Shown piece by piece: positions 17,642-27,900 of a stretch of 53,963 nucleotides of DNA. Source of the stretch: Candidatus Woesearchaeota archaeon (lineage in GTDB: Archaea; Nanobdellota; Nanobdellia; Woesearchaeales; SKGA01); assembly GCA_046543005.1 (NCBI GenBank), contig JBKHAG010000003.1:1-53963 (forward strand), written 5' to 3'. The notes below the pieces were generated by a model, which did no database searches, was not told the DNA's origin, and saw only the letters and a program-made list of their open reading frames with translations. Position numbers and translations under genes: made by a program. The first letter of the stretch is position 1; each line of letters begins with the position of its first letter.

Positions 17642-17687
17642 AAAAGAAGAGAAAAATATAAAAAAAAGAAAAAAATAGGTATAATAT

Positions 17688-18029
17688 TTATTTACGTTTA
17701 GACGTTTTACGTTTAGACGTTTTTTTCGTAGTTCGTTTTGCTGCTTTTTTCTTAGCAGGAGCTTTCTTACTAGCTTTTTTCTTTGTAGTAGACGTCTTTG
17801 CTCTTGTTTTCTTAACAGGTGCTTTATTTATTAAGCCAAGTTTAGCTTCAATAATATTTTCTTCTTTTTCGATTCGAAGTTCTTCGCGTAAGATTCTTTG
17901 AGTTAAAGACTCAATATTGAGATCCATTCGAGAGATTCTTCGTTCGAGTAAAATAAGAACTCGTAAGCTATACACAATCGCTGCTAATGTACCAATAATT
18001 ATTCCTAAAATAACACTATCTGCTGCCAT
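17688..18029 (-). CDS. Small membrane-anchored coiled-coil protein with Lys-rich tail
   Basis: N-terminal TM (VILGIIIGTLAAIVY), a heptad-like segment, and the tail KKTRAKTSTTKKKASKKAPAKKKAAKRTTKKTSKRKTSKRK. Confidence 0.5.
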   Translation of the reverse strand: MAADSVILGIIIGTLAAIVYSLRVLILLERRISRMDLNIESLTQRILREELRIEKEENIIEAKLGLINKAPVKKTRAKTSTTKKKASKKAPAKKKAAKRTTKKTSKRKTSKRK

Positions 18030-18254
18030 AATTCACCTCAACAAGCTTTAAATGCTTGCTCTTACCCACATATTACAAAAAAGAGTATTTAAAACTATCG
18101 GAAATAAGAGCCTATTTGTTTAAAAAAAGCAATACAAAATGAACAAGCAAGCAAAGAGTCTGAAAAATACCTACAAAAAAGAAAAATAAACGAAAACTAT
18201 TTAAATGGACTAATGGATATACAACGTATACTGTTCACACGAGGGTGATATATT

Positions 18255-18524
18255 ATGCTTAAAATGAAAAGAATCAGTGAAACCTACGAAATGAGAGTAT
18301 TCACAGACGCTGGAGATTATTTTGGCGATGTTGAAGAGTCAATTCTTACCAACACAAAAATATTCGGATGGAAAGTCCGTGCTACAAAAAACTCATTTTT
18401 AAATCAAGTTCTTGGAAGTGCTAAAGGAGTAATCGTTCCGCATCAGCTTGTTAAATCAACAGGAGATATTATGATTATTTCTAAAAGTGCAATTCCTTCT
18501 TACAAAGGAGAAGACAGCGAATAA
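18255..18524 (+). CDS. PRC-barrel-like small protein
   Basis: 89 aa. The pattern YEMRVFTDAGDYFGDVEESIL..GWKV resembles PRC-barrel domains. Strong SD (GGGTGA) lies 6 nt upstream. Confidence 0.4.
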   Translation: MLKMKRISETYEMRVFTDAGDYFGDVEESILTNTKIFGWKVRATKNSFLNQVLGSAKGVIVPHQLVKSTGDIMIISKSAIPSYKGEDSE

Positions 18525-18582
18525 AGAAATTGAATCAAAAAGGTGTAAGGTAGTTCATACACTACCAGCCATTTATTTTTAT

Positions 18583-18969
18583 TTATCTTACTAATTCTTC
18601 AAAAGAAATTCCTTTCAAAGACATATCTTTTTTTGTAAAGACAAATTGGGTTTTAGTGGGTGTTAAGTCCTCTGGAGAAACAAAACACCATTGTTGGCGA
18701 GGAAATTTTATGGCAAGCCAGCTTTCTGCACCAAAAGTTTTACCAAAATAACGCAACTGAATAAGTTCATCTTCTGGAAAATATTTTTTATCACATGAAG
18801 TAATTTTTGCTTCAATGACTAAACGCCTCCCATTGCGACCTACAATAATATCTGGGCTTGGAAATTGTGTTGAACCAGAGCCTGCAGCTCGCATTGCAGC
18901 CCAACCATGTTCCCAAAACCGTTTTATTAAATCACGCTCGGCTTGAGATCCCTTTGATTTTTTTGACAT
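18583..18969 (-). CDS. hjc: Holliday junction resolvase Hjc
   Basis: SKGSQAERDLIKRFWEHGWAAMRAAGSGS..PDIIVGRNGRRLVIEAKIT carries the Hjc E..SG..D..ExK nuclease signature. The start may be 18990. Confidence 0.85.
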   Translation of the reverse strand: MSKKSKGSQAERDLIKRFWEHGWAAMRAAGSGSTQFPSPDIIVGRNGRRLVIEAKITSCDKKYFPEDELIQLRYFGKTFGAESWLAIKFPRQQWCFVSPEDLTPTKTQFVFTKKDMSLKGISFEELVR

Positions 18970-19225
18970 AAACGTATTTAGCAAATGCATATTTAAAAAG
19001 ACTTCTTATAGTTGACCAGTGTTAACGCATGCGAACAAACAGTGGAGCAGAATGCAACAGTCAAATAAGCCATGGACTAGATATGCTAAGTAAAAGTCAG
19101 AATACAGTAGCTTACAACTATTACGTTCTTGAAATATCTATATCAAAGCATTTATATATTAAATAGATTTAAGAGAGATAAATTGAGCTTAAAAAAGCTT
19201 AAAAAAATCATTTAGAGGTGTATCT

Positions 19226-19429
19226 ATGAAACACGCAATTCCTCTCGCAGCAATGGAGCGAGTATTAAAAAATGCAGGCGCAAATCGCGTTTCTGAAGAA
19301 GCAAAAGTAGCACTCAGGCAAGTTCTTGAAGATATTGCTTTAGAAATTAGTGAAGAAGCAATTAAATTATCTGCTCATGCCGGTCGAAAAACAGTCAAAG
19401 CAGACGATATCAGACTTGCAAGCCACTAG
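19226..19429 (+). CDS. Archaeal histone (HMf family)
   Basis: 67-aa histone fold (PLAAMERVLKNAGANRVSEEAKVALRQVLEDIA..AGRKTVKADDIRLA). SD GAGGTG lies upstream. Confidence 0.9.
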   Translation: MKHAIPLAAMERVLKNAGANRVSEEAKVALRQVLEDIALEISEEAIKLSAHAGRKTVKADDIRLASH

Positions 19430-19479
19430 AAACAGTGAAGGGGGATCTGCTTGTCAGTGAACTGTCACATTTTCTTTTT

Positions 19480-20388
19480 TTAAAAATCTAATTCTAATTT
19501 CATTAAATCAAACGCACACATGGTGTTTACAAATAATTCCTTAGCTTCATCGCATAAAGGTGAAACGTCTTTGTAGCGTTGAGAGAAATGAGTAAGAATG
19601 AGTTTTTTTACACCGGATTGGCTTGCTACATTTGCTGCTTGGTATGCAGTCATGTGTTTGTATTCTTGAGCTTTATGCTCTAATTCTTGTAAATAAACAG
19701 CTTCTGAAATTAATACATCTGCGTCCTGAGCAAGATCAAAACAAGCATCACAAAGTTGCGTATCAAAAATAAAAGCAATTGATCGCTGGGCGCAGAGCAC
19801 AGAAACATCGTCAGGATAAATAGTCTTTTTTTCATACGTAATAGTTTTTCCTAATTGTAAATCGTTAAGATGAGGACCTTGTGCAAGATTATATTCTATG
19901 AGTTTTTTTTTATCTAATTTGCGACGTTCTTTTTTTACAAAACGAAAACCTAAGGTAGGTACCGAGTGATCTAAATTTTGTGCTTGAATATAATAAGAAT
20001 TTTCATCAAGAACAGTTGTTAGTTCTTTTGCAGTGATTTCAATAACTTCAACAAGTATTTTTGATTCAAAAATGCACGAATTCATCAAGTGAGTGAAATA
20101 ATCTTTTGAACCCTTAGGGCCATAAAGCTGAATTGTTTTTTCTTCGCCACAAAAATTACCAATAGTTTGCAAAATGCCAACAAGTCCAGACACGTGATCA
20201 CCATGCCAATGAGAAATGAAGATTGTCGTAATCTTTTGCGCGTTAAGATTTGCCATTTGAAGTTGACGTTGTGTTCCTTCGCCACAATCAAACAAAATTC
20301 CTTTTCCATTCACATCTAAGTAAATACTTTGAACGTTACGTTCTTTGGTGGGCACCATGCCTGCAGTTCCTAAAAATGTGAGATTCAT
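19480..20388 (-). CDS. rnz: Ribonuclease Z (tRNA 3' endonuclease)
   Basis: Metallo-beta-lactamase fold with HWHGDH. The N-terminal LTFLGTAGMVPT and the length (302 aa) are typical of short RNase Z. Confidence 0.85.
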   Translation of the reverse strand: MNLTFLGTAGMVPTKERNVQSIYLDVNGKGILFDCGEGTQRQLQMANLNAQKITTIFISHWHGDHVSGLVGILQTIGNFCGEEKTIQLYGPKGSKDYFTHLMNSCIFESKILVEVIEITAKELTTVLDENSYYIQAQNLDHSVPTLGFRFVKKERRKLDKKKLIEYNLAQGPHLNDLQLGKTITYEKKTIYPDDVSVLCAQRSIAFIFDTQLCDACFDLAQDADVLISEAVYLQELEHKAQEYKHMTAYQAANVASQSGVKKLILTHFSQRYKDVSPLCDEAKELFVNTMCAFDLMKLELDF

Positions 20389-20435
20389 AAAACTATGAAA
20401 AGAACAAGATGTTTATAAATATTCGCGTGGAATAC

Positions 20436-21638
20436 TTATTTTGAAAAATAGTCAATAATGACGCCAGTATATTCTTCTTCTATGAGCTTGAGACTTTTTT
20501 TAGTAAACTGTCCTGTTGTTAAAAATAGACAAGGAAGGTCATGTTTTTTTGCTCGCAATAAGGCAGGCGCTATATCTCCTTCATTGAGTCGTTTTTTGTC
20601 TTTTGCTCGGATAAACATTTTTAGCGATCCAACAGCGGAAGGAACTTTTGCTACAAAATCGTATTCTTTGTTCTTTTTGTTTTCTTCGACTGATTCAAGA
20701 AGCATATTTTTTTGAGCAAATAATATTTTACATTGTTGTAAAAAATCAGCAGGTTCTATATCTTCAAAGATATCTTTAGGAAAATCTTCTACTTGTTGAG
20801 AAGAATCAGATTTTTCTGCGGTTTTTTGAGGTGTTAAATACTCTTGAGAGGATGAAGAAGATTTCTTTTTTTTGTCAGGTAATTGAGTTGCTACAGAAAG
20901 TTTTTTTGGTACTTCTTCTTTAAAAGATTTTTTAAGATTAGGTTGAGATTCGTCCTTAGACTGTTTAGATGTGTCAGACTCATCTAGTTTTTTAGAATCT
21001 GTTAAAGGTTTTTGAAGTGATTTTGAAACAGGCTCTGAAGCAGGCAATGAAGGGGCAGACGTCGAAGTAGTATCTGCAGCAATTTCAGGTTTTGCTAAAG
21101 AATCTTTTTGAGTGTTAGGTAACGAAACCAAAGGTTCAGGTTGGGATGTTGATTGCGGGTTGGAAACTGGTTGTGATTCAGGTGTAGGCTGGGCAGGTCT
21201 ATTTCGTTGATTTAAAATAGTAATCGCTTCTTGTTCTGAAACTAAAAAATATCTCCAAAATAAAACTTCTCCTTGATTGGTTTGAGCTTTGAATTCTTTT
21301 GCAAAATCTTTAAGTTGACGCATTGCAACGCGATGATGAAGTTCTAATTCTCTATCAGCAAGAACGCGTTGTTCTTTTAAAAAATAAGCAGTTCGAGATT
21401 CTTTTTCAGGTAAATATTGCATGCAAGATTCTAATTGAGGCTCTTGACCAGGCAAGTAATAAAAAGGACTGCCTCCTCGTTTTACATTAGAAATTCTTAC
21501 TAATTTTCGTGAAGAAAGTTCTGCAAGCATAGCACCCAAAATAATGGTATCTCCACCAACAATTTTTTTAATAGCGTTAGGAACCATAGGTCCTTTTTCT
21601 TTAAGCGCGTCTAAAATTTCATCACGAGTAACTGCCAT
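20436..21638 (-). CDS. Winged-helix + low-complexity linker + Mrr-like PD-(D/E)xK domain protein
   Basis: N-terminal wHTH-like 70 aa, an approximately 170-aa S/P/Q/K-rich linker, and a C-terminal YDFVAKV..MFIRAKDKK..LFLTTGQFTKKS that resembles the Mrr_cat restriction-endonuclease fold. Confidence 0.4.
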   Translation of the reverse strand: MAVTRDEILDALKEKGPMVPNAIKKIVGGDTIILGAMLAELSSRKLVRISNVKRGGSPFYYLPGQEPQLESCMQYLPEKESRTAYFLKEQRVLADRELELHHRVAMRQLKDFAKEFKAQTNQGEVLFWRYFLVSEQEAITILNQRNRPAQPTPESQPVSNPQSTSQPEPLVSLPNTQKDSLAKPEIAADTTSTSAPSLPASEPVSKSLQKPLTDSKKLDESDTSKQSKDESQPNLKKSFKEEVPKKLSVATQLPDKKKKSSSSSQEYLTPQKTAEKSDSSQQVEDFPKDIFEDIEPADFLQQCKILFAQKNMLLESVEENKKNKEYDFVAKVPSAVGSLKMFIRAKDKKRLNEGDIAPALLRAKKHDLPCLFLTTGQFTKKSLKLIEEEYTGVIIDYFSK

Positions 21639-21777
21639 TGTTTATAATAAGAAAAGCTTGGTTTTTATAACTTGCGCCTGTGCAACACATATATTTAAGA
21701 AGATATAAACAACTCACCCATCGCCCACTTCCCGCTCACCCAACCTTGGGCGCTGTTTACTAGCTATCTGGCTTCAG

Positions 21778-22452
21778 TTATGGGCGCACCCATTTAATTT
21801 CCCAATATGTTACATCATTTTCATCGTCAACGACACCCATAAGTAATCGTTTTTTTGTTGAATGAGCAACACGATTTTTTGCTGCAAAGTCAAACCAGGT
21901 ATATCGCTCTCCTTCGTGAACAGGATACACAATCCAACGAGCATGATCCTGACCTGGTTTAATACCCCTATCATATACTCGAAAGTCAGCACCGAATTTT
22001 AGCGCGGTTTTAATAACATAACCACGATTTCTCATATCTTTAAAAACAGCGTATCGAATCCAAAAACTTGGCTCTACACGACTAGCTTTAGAAATATATT
22101 TTTCAAAATCCATTGGCGAATTTCGCCCGTCAACAACATAAATTTTTTTCTTTTCCATCAAATACAATCCTTCAGTAAGAGAAAGCTGTACTTTTCCATC
22201 ATCAAGAAGTGTTCCGTACGCATTCATGTTGTATAAATCTCTTGCAGCATCACATTTTTCAAGTATTATTCTTTCTCGAGAAAATACTGCTTTAATGCTT
22301 GGAGCTTTTTTAGATTTTTTTGTTGCGTTATCAACCACAGTTACTGTTTGCAGTTCAGAAGAATTTTCTTCGGGAACTTTTGCAACAGGTGAGGCGACTT
22401 TTTTAGTCGTTTTTGTTTGTTTTTTTGCTTTTACAGCTTTTTTTGTTGTCAT
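21778..22452 (-). CDS. endA: tRNA-splicing endonuclease EndA
   Basis: The C-terminal catalytic domain (FRVYDRG..HARWIVYPV..AHSTKKRLLMGVV) matches archaeal EndA. It has a Lys-rich N-terminal extension. ATG is at 22452; the track start at 22461 is GTG. Confidence 0.85.
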   Translation of the reverse strand: MTTKKAVKAKKQTKTTKKVASPVAKVPEENSSELQTVTVVDNATKKSKKAPSIKAVFSRERIILEKCDAARDLYNMNAYGTLLDDGKVQLSLTEGLYLMEKKKIYVVDGRNSPMDFEKYISKASRVEPSFWIRYAVFKDMRNRGYVIKTALKFGADFRVYDRGIKPGQDHARWIVYPVHEGERYTWFDFAAKNRVAHSTKKRLLMGVVDDENDVTYWEIKWVRP

Positions 22453-22514
22453 GAAGCTCACAAAAACCTAGTGCTTTAAAAAAGTTTTTATAGCATAAAG
22501 GATTTTGTCTGTTT

Positions 22515-23552
22515 ATGGGAGTTGCATTAAGTAAGATTATTTCATTTAAAGAACAAGATATAAAGAGTTTTAATGGCAGTGTTTTAGCAGTTGATGCTAT
22601 GAATATGCTCTATCAATTTGTAACAACTATTCGTCAACAAGATGGAACTCCTCTAAAAGATTCTCACGGAAATATTACCTCTCACTTAACAGGACTTTTT
22701 GCAAGGTGCAGTAAACTGTTACAACATAACATCAAATTAGTTTTTGTTTTTGATGGTTTAATGCCTGAATTAAAAAAACAAGAACGCGAACGACGTGAAA
22801 CGCTCAAAGCAAAAGCATTAGAACAATTAAACACTGCTGAACAAGAAAGAGACATCGCGTCAATGAAAAAATTTTCTCAACGAACTGCGCGTATAAGTAA
22901 AGAAATGGTGCAAGAAAGTAAAGAACTTCTTGATGCGATGGGAATTCCTTGGGTGCAAGCGCCCAGCGAGGGTGAAGCTCAAGCGGCGCACATGGTAAAA
23001 AAAGGAGAATGCGATTATGTTGCAAGTCAAGATTTTGATTGTTTAATATATGGGGCTCCTCGTTTTGTAAGAAATATTAGTCTTTCTCATCGTAAGAAAA
23101 AAATCAACGCCTTAACGTACCAACAAATTCAACCAGAAGTTGCAACGCTTTCAAGTGTTTTAGAAGAATTACAATTAAGCCTCAAACAACTTCAAGCGTT
23201 GTCCATAATTGTAGGAACAGATTTTAATGTTGGTGGTATAAAGGGACTAGGTCCTAAAAAGGCATTAAAGCTTGTATCTGAATATGGTGATGATTTAGAA
23301 AAATTATTTAATGAAATTGAATATGATAAGCATTTTGAAACGTCATGGAAAGATGTTTTTGAACTCATAAATAACATTGCTATAACTGATAAATACACTA
23401 TTGAATTTAAAGATACTAATCCAGAAAAAGTAAAAGAATTGCTTGTTGATAAACACGATTTTTCCATTGAACGAGTAGAAAACAAGCTCAAAGAAATTGA
23501 TGAAGCAAAAAAGAAAAGTCAACAAACAAATTTGGGAAATTTCTTTAGTTAG
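22515..23552 (+). CDS. fen: Flap endonuclease 1
   Basis: XPG-N (AVDAMNMLYQF), XPG-I (GIPWVQAPSEGEAQAAHM..DFD), H3TH, and a C-terminal PIP-like QTNLGNFF. Confidence 0.95.
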   Translation: MGVALSKIISFKEQDIKSFNGSVLAVDAMNMLYQFVTTIRQQDGTPLKDSHGNITSHLTGLFARCSKLLQHNIKLVFVFDGLMPELKKQERERRETLKAKALEQLNTAEQERDIASMKKFSQRTARISKEMVQESKELLDAMGIPWVQAPSEGEAQAAHMVKKGECDYVASQDFDCLIYGAPRFVRNISLSHRKKKINALTYQQIQPEVATLSSVLEELQLSLKQLQALSIIVGTDFNVGGIKGLGPKKALKLVSEYGDDLEKLFNEIEYDKHFETSWKDVFELINNIAITDKYTIEFKDTNPEKVKELLVDKHDFSIERVENKLKEIDEAKKKSQQTNLGNFFS

Positions 23553-23665
23553 AACACTTATTATTTTTCTTAAAAAATATAAAAAGAAAAAAGAAAACGC
23601 GGTCGAAGCAAAAACTTCTTGGCGATTTGAACACAAAAGTTCAAACAAAAGAAAAAATGCAGGTT

Positions 23666-23953
23666 TTATTCTGCAAGATTTAATTGGTTAATGGATGTTA
23701 CTAAAGCCCAAATCCAAATTCCTAAAGCTAAAGGAAATCCAATTAAAACAAACATTAAAGGTATTGAAACTATAAATAATACCATTTGTATAATTCCTTT
23801 TTGTGTGTCTTTATTAATTAAAGTCCCTAAACCAGGCCAAAATAAAACGTTTAAAAGTAAACCAACTATTGTTAATGTTTTATCATATTTTGCAACAGAA
23901 GCACTTTTCGTTTTTACAGTGGTTGTTTTTTTAGTTGTTTTTTTTGTTACCAT
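23666..23953 (-). CDS. Small membrane protein with Lys/Thr-rich N-terminus
   Basis: MVTKKTTKKTTTVKTKS followed by two TM helices. No family recognised. Confidence 0.45.
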   Translation of the reverse strand: MVTKKTTKKTTTVKTKSASVAKYDKTLTIVGLLLNVLFWPGLGTLINKDTQKGIIQMVLFIVSIPLMFVLIGFPLALGIWIWALVTSINQLNLAE

Positions 23954-24019
23954 AATATTACCTCAGAGGTTTTCTACCACTAAAACAAGAATACTACTAT
24001 TTAAATATTACCTAAAAAA

Positions 24020-24192
24020 GGCCTTGTTTAAACTACTGTAAATTTGTATACTGCGCGTTATTATATTATTATCATTATTATTATCAGCTTGGAACAAATA
24101 ACACGCCGGCGATAAACAAGTAAACACATAGCCAGATCACTATTTTTGTTGTAATTGGCAGTATACAAAAAGACTCCTTTTTAAACAAGGCC
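24020..24192 (+). mobile_element. MITE family A, copy 4 (most divergent)
   Basis: GGCCTTGTTTAAAC...TTTTTAAACAAGGCC, with the conserved TTGTTGTAATTGGCAGTATAC. Flanks CTAAAAAA/GTAAAAAA match 7/8. Confidence 0.8.
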
Positions 24193-24404
24193 GTAAAAAA
24201 GTAGTATAATCATTTCGCAAAGTTCTTAAACTCAAAATAAGTTCTTGACACTAAAGCACAGGTAAAAAGTCAACAAGTAAAGATTATCAAATACGTATTG
24301 TTGAGCTTTACAAATATAGTCTTGCATATATCAGACTATTTTTTGAGTTTACTTTAAGACGTGGCAAACTTCATACCTGTTGTTTATTTTAAAGAGGTAC
24401 ACTT

Positions 24405-24881
24405 ATGGAAGAAACATTTGATCAAAAAATTTTTCGCAATGTTCAAAATAAATTTTTAGTATACAAAACAACTGAAGTAGTAGGCGATAAAGCTCAAACA
24501 CCTAATCTTGAATGGGAAAATCCTGAAAAAGTAGATGAATTTTTTCAATTTGCAAACCACGTAGGAACAAAGATTATTTACATTACTGAAGGTGAAGAAG
24601 TAAACGAAGATACGAACGAATCACACAGTTCCATTTTACAAGTTGGTTTTTTATATCAAGGAATAATGCACCATATCAATATCGCTGATGAAAGCGATGA
24701 CGAGGAAGACAAAGAAGAATATGAGGATAGTGAGTATGAAGACGAATCATACGATGATGAAAACGAGAGTGATTATGAACAAGAGTCTGGTGAAGAAGAC
24801 ACAGAATCAGAAGACAGTCAAACGATATCGCAAGAACGACCATCTCAACCTCAATCTAATGTGCAACAGCAAAGGTATTAA
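24405..24881 (+). CDS. Hypothetical protein with extremely acidic C-terminal half
   Basis: 158 aa. The C-terminus is DESDDEEDKEEYEDSEYEDESYDDENESDYEQESGEEDTESED. No recognisable domain. Confidence 0.5.
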   Translation: MEETFDQKIFRNVQNKFLVYKTTEVVGDKAQTPNLEWENPEKVDEFFQFANHVGTKIIYITEGEEVNEDTNESHSSILQVGFLYQGIMHHINIADESDDEEDKEEYEDSEYEDESYDDENESDYEQESGEEDTESEDSQTISQERPSQPQSNVQQQRY

Positions 24882-24924
24882 TTGAGAACTTTATTTTTTA
24901 TTTTTCTTTTTTATTTCTAAAGAA

Positions 24925-27900
24925 CTAAATTTTAAGAGTGGTAACTTTGCTTGCTCCATGTTCATTCATGGAAACTCCATAGAGCGCGTCTGCTTCAGAA
25001 ATAACTGCATCATTATGACTGATGATAACGTATTGTGCTTTATTACAGTATCCTCTAACGAGTTCTGCAAGTTTTTTACTATTCTTTTTATCAAGTGCCG
25101 CGTCAACTTCGTCAAGAACATAAAAGCTTGCCGGCTCATATTCTTGAACTGCGAAAAGAAATGCGAGCGCAGTCATTGTCTTTTCTCCACCTGAAAGACT
25201 TCGAATATCAAGGAATCGTTTTCCAGAAAGACGTACCTTTATTTCTACACCGCCATTAAAAGGGTCGTTTTCGTCTTCGAGTTTAATACTTGCTTGCCCT
25301 TTCATAAGAAGTGTAGAAAAAATTCGTTTAAAATTTGCTTGAAGAGCTTCAAAGGTTTTCATAAAAAGTTCTTTTTTCTTGCTATCAATCTCGTTCATAA
25401 GTACCAAGACATCTTCTCGTTCATTTCGTAAAACATCTTTTTTTTCTAAAAGTGAAGCATATTCTTTTTCTACAGAATCATATATTTCTAAGGCACGCAT
25501 ATTGACAGCTCCTAAATTTGCAGCCATAGTTTCAAATTGAGAAAGCTCGCGTTTGATAACATCAAGAGATTTATTTTCATAAGGTTGCACGTCAAGAAAT
25601 TCTTTAGCTTCTTCTTCTAAACCACTAAATTCTGCTTTGAGGCGTGCTAGTTCTAAATGAACTGCATTATTTTTAAGCTCTATAGTTCGTTGAGAAGATT
25701 GTGTTGAAGCAATAGTTCCCTCTGCGACAGCTATTTCTTTTTCAAGTTTAGATTTTTTTGCAAATAAATCTTTAAATTGCGCCATGAATTTTTCTTGCTT
25801 AGTAAGAGATTCTTTGAGAGTTTTTTCTTTTTCCCCAATAGTTTTTTCTAAAGAATTTTTTTCTTCAGAGAAATTTTTAATTTCTTTATCGTGTTGTCGA
25901 ATAATATCAAGCATTTTTTTGCCTTCAGGACCAATAACAGTAACAAGTTCTGAAGAAACGTGTTTACGTTCTGCAGAGAGTTCAATAATTTCTTTTAAAA
26001 GAGCTGCTTTTTTATCTTGATAACTTTGTAATTCTGCAAGTTTTGTAGGATTTCTTAAATCAGAAATTTTATCCCTGAGTTGTTGACGTTCTCCTTTCAT
26101 TTGCGCAAGAGTTCGATTCTTTTGCGAAATTAGTTCTTGAATATCATCTATTTGATCATCAAGTTCAAGATTTTTTTCTTTGAGTTCTTTTTTCTTATTT
26201 TCATCAAGCAATGCATCGTCGCCATCCATATGTAAAGATTTTTCTTTTTTGATAATTTCTCCTTCAAGTTCTGCTTTTAATGCTCGAAGCCGTCCAATAA
26301 GACCAACAGTATCATCGTATTTTAATTCTAAGTTACTAATAACTGCTTGCGTGTCTGAAAGTTCTGATTCAAGAGCTTGAATTTTTTTAGAAACATCATC
26401 TTGACTAAATGCGCCTGCAACTTTTTTCTGACGAAAACCGCCTTGCATTGCCCCGCTAGTTTCTACGATATCCCCTGTGAGTGTAACCATTCGAACTTTT
26501 CCTACCCCGACATGTCTAGCTGTTTGAATATCATCGACTACAAGGGTAGAAGCAAAAATATGTTTGAATGCAGGCTCAAGTTCTTTTGCGTAGTCAACTA
26601 AATCGATGGCAAAGCCATGAATGCCTGCTCCAGAAATATTTTTTAGATCTGAAGAAAGAGTATGTTGTCGAATTTTATTAAGTGGTAAAAAAGAAGCAAC
26701 GCCTAAACGGTTTTGTTTAAGATGAGAAATACATTTTGCGGCTGTGGTGTCGGTGTCTACAATAATAGATTTTATTTTTGCACCAGCAGCAATTTCTAAT
26801 GCTTGAGAATATTTTTTATCTACTCGTGCAAGTTCTGCAACGGTTCCTTTAATTCCAGGAATAGATTGTTTTTTTTCAATAATTGCTTTTATGGCATTAC
26901 CCCCAGCAACTTGTTCTAAGAATGCACTTCGTCGCGCTTGAAGTTTTGCCAATTCTTCTTGTTTACTAATTGTTTTACTTCTCGCGGTTGCGAGTTGAGA
27001 AGATTGTTCTGAAGATTGAGATAAGGCTTTTGAAAGTTGCACACTTGTTTTTTTAAACTCTTGTTTTTGAGATTTTAATTGTTCTAGTTCTTTTTTATTT
27101 TCAGTGGCAACAGCTGCAATTTTTTCTAATTTATCATCAATGGACTGAAGTTGAAGTTCTACTTTGTCTTTTTCACGTAAATAATTTTGTTGTTTTTCTC
27201 GAAGAGCATTCATCTCTTGTTGAATGGATTCTACTTCTTTATCTATTTCGTCAACACGATTATCTGCAGAACTTTCTTGTTCTAAATTATGTTTTTTCTT
27301 AAAAGCAGAAATTTTATCATCAATAAGAGATTGTTCTTTTTTTCGTTGAGTTATTTGTTTATCAAATTCAGTTAATCGTTTTTTAAGAACATTTGTTTTA
27401 TCAACGAGTTCAACTTGATCAGATTCTAAATCTTTTTTACGAGCAGTAACTCTTTGAAGTTCAGTTTCTAAAGTTTCTAATCGTTGTTTATCAAGAGCTA
27501 AAGATACTTTTAAATTTTCAACGGATTTATTAAGTTGGACTTGGTCTTTATTTCCCTTTGTTTCAATTTCCGAATTTATTGATGCAATTACTTCTTTTTT
27601 CTCTTTAATAAGTTGTTGTTGTTTAGATATTTTTTCTTCATAAGAAGTTAATTTTTCAGAATTAGCATCCATAATTTTTTGCGATTTGTCAATTAGTAAA
27701 CGTTTTTTATCCATGCTGAGGGTAAGAAGGGTTTTTTTGTTTCGTTTACGTCGTTCTTCTAAATCTTTATATTTTTGAGCTTTATCCCTGTCTTTTTTTA
27801 ATTCTTTAAGATACGTTTCTCGTTCGCTTAAAATAATATCGGCTTCGTTAAGTTTTTCTTCAACACGATTAAGTTCACGAATTGCTTTTTGTTTTTTATC

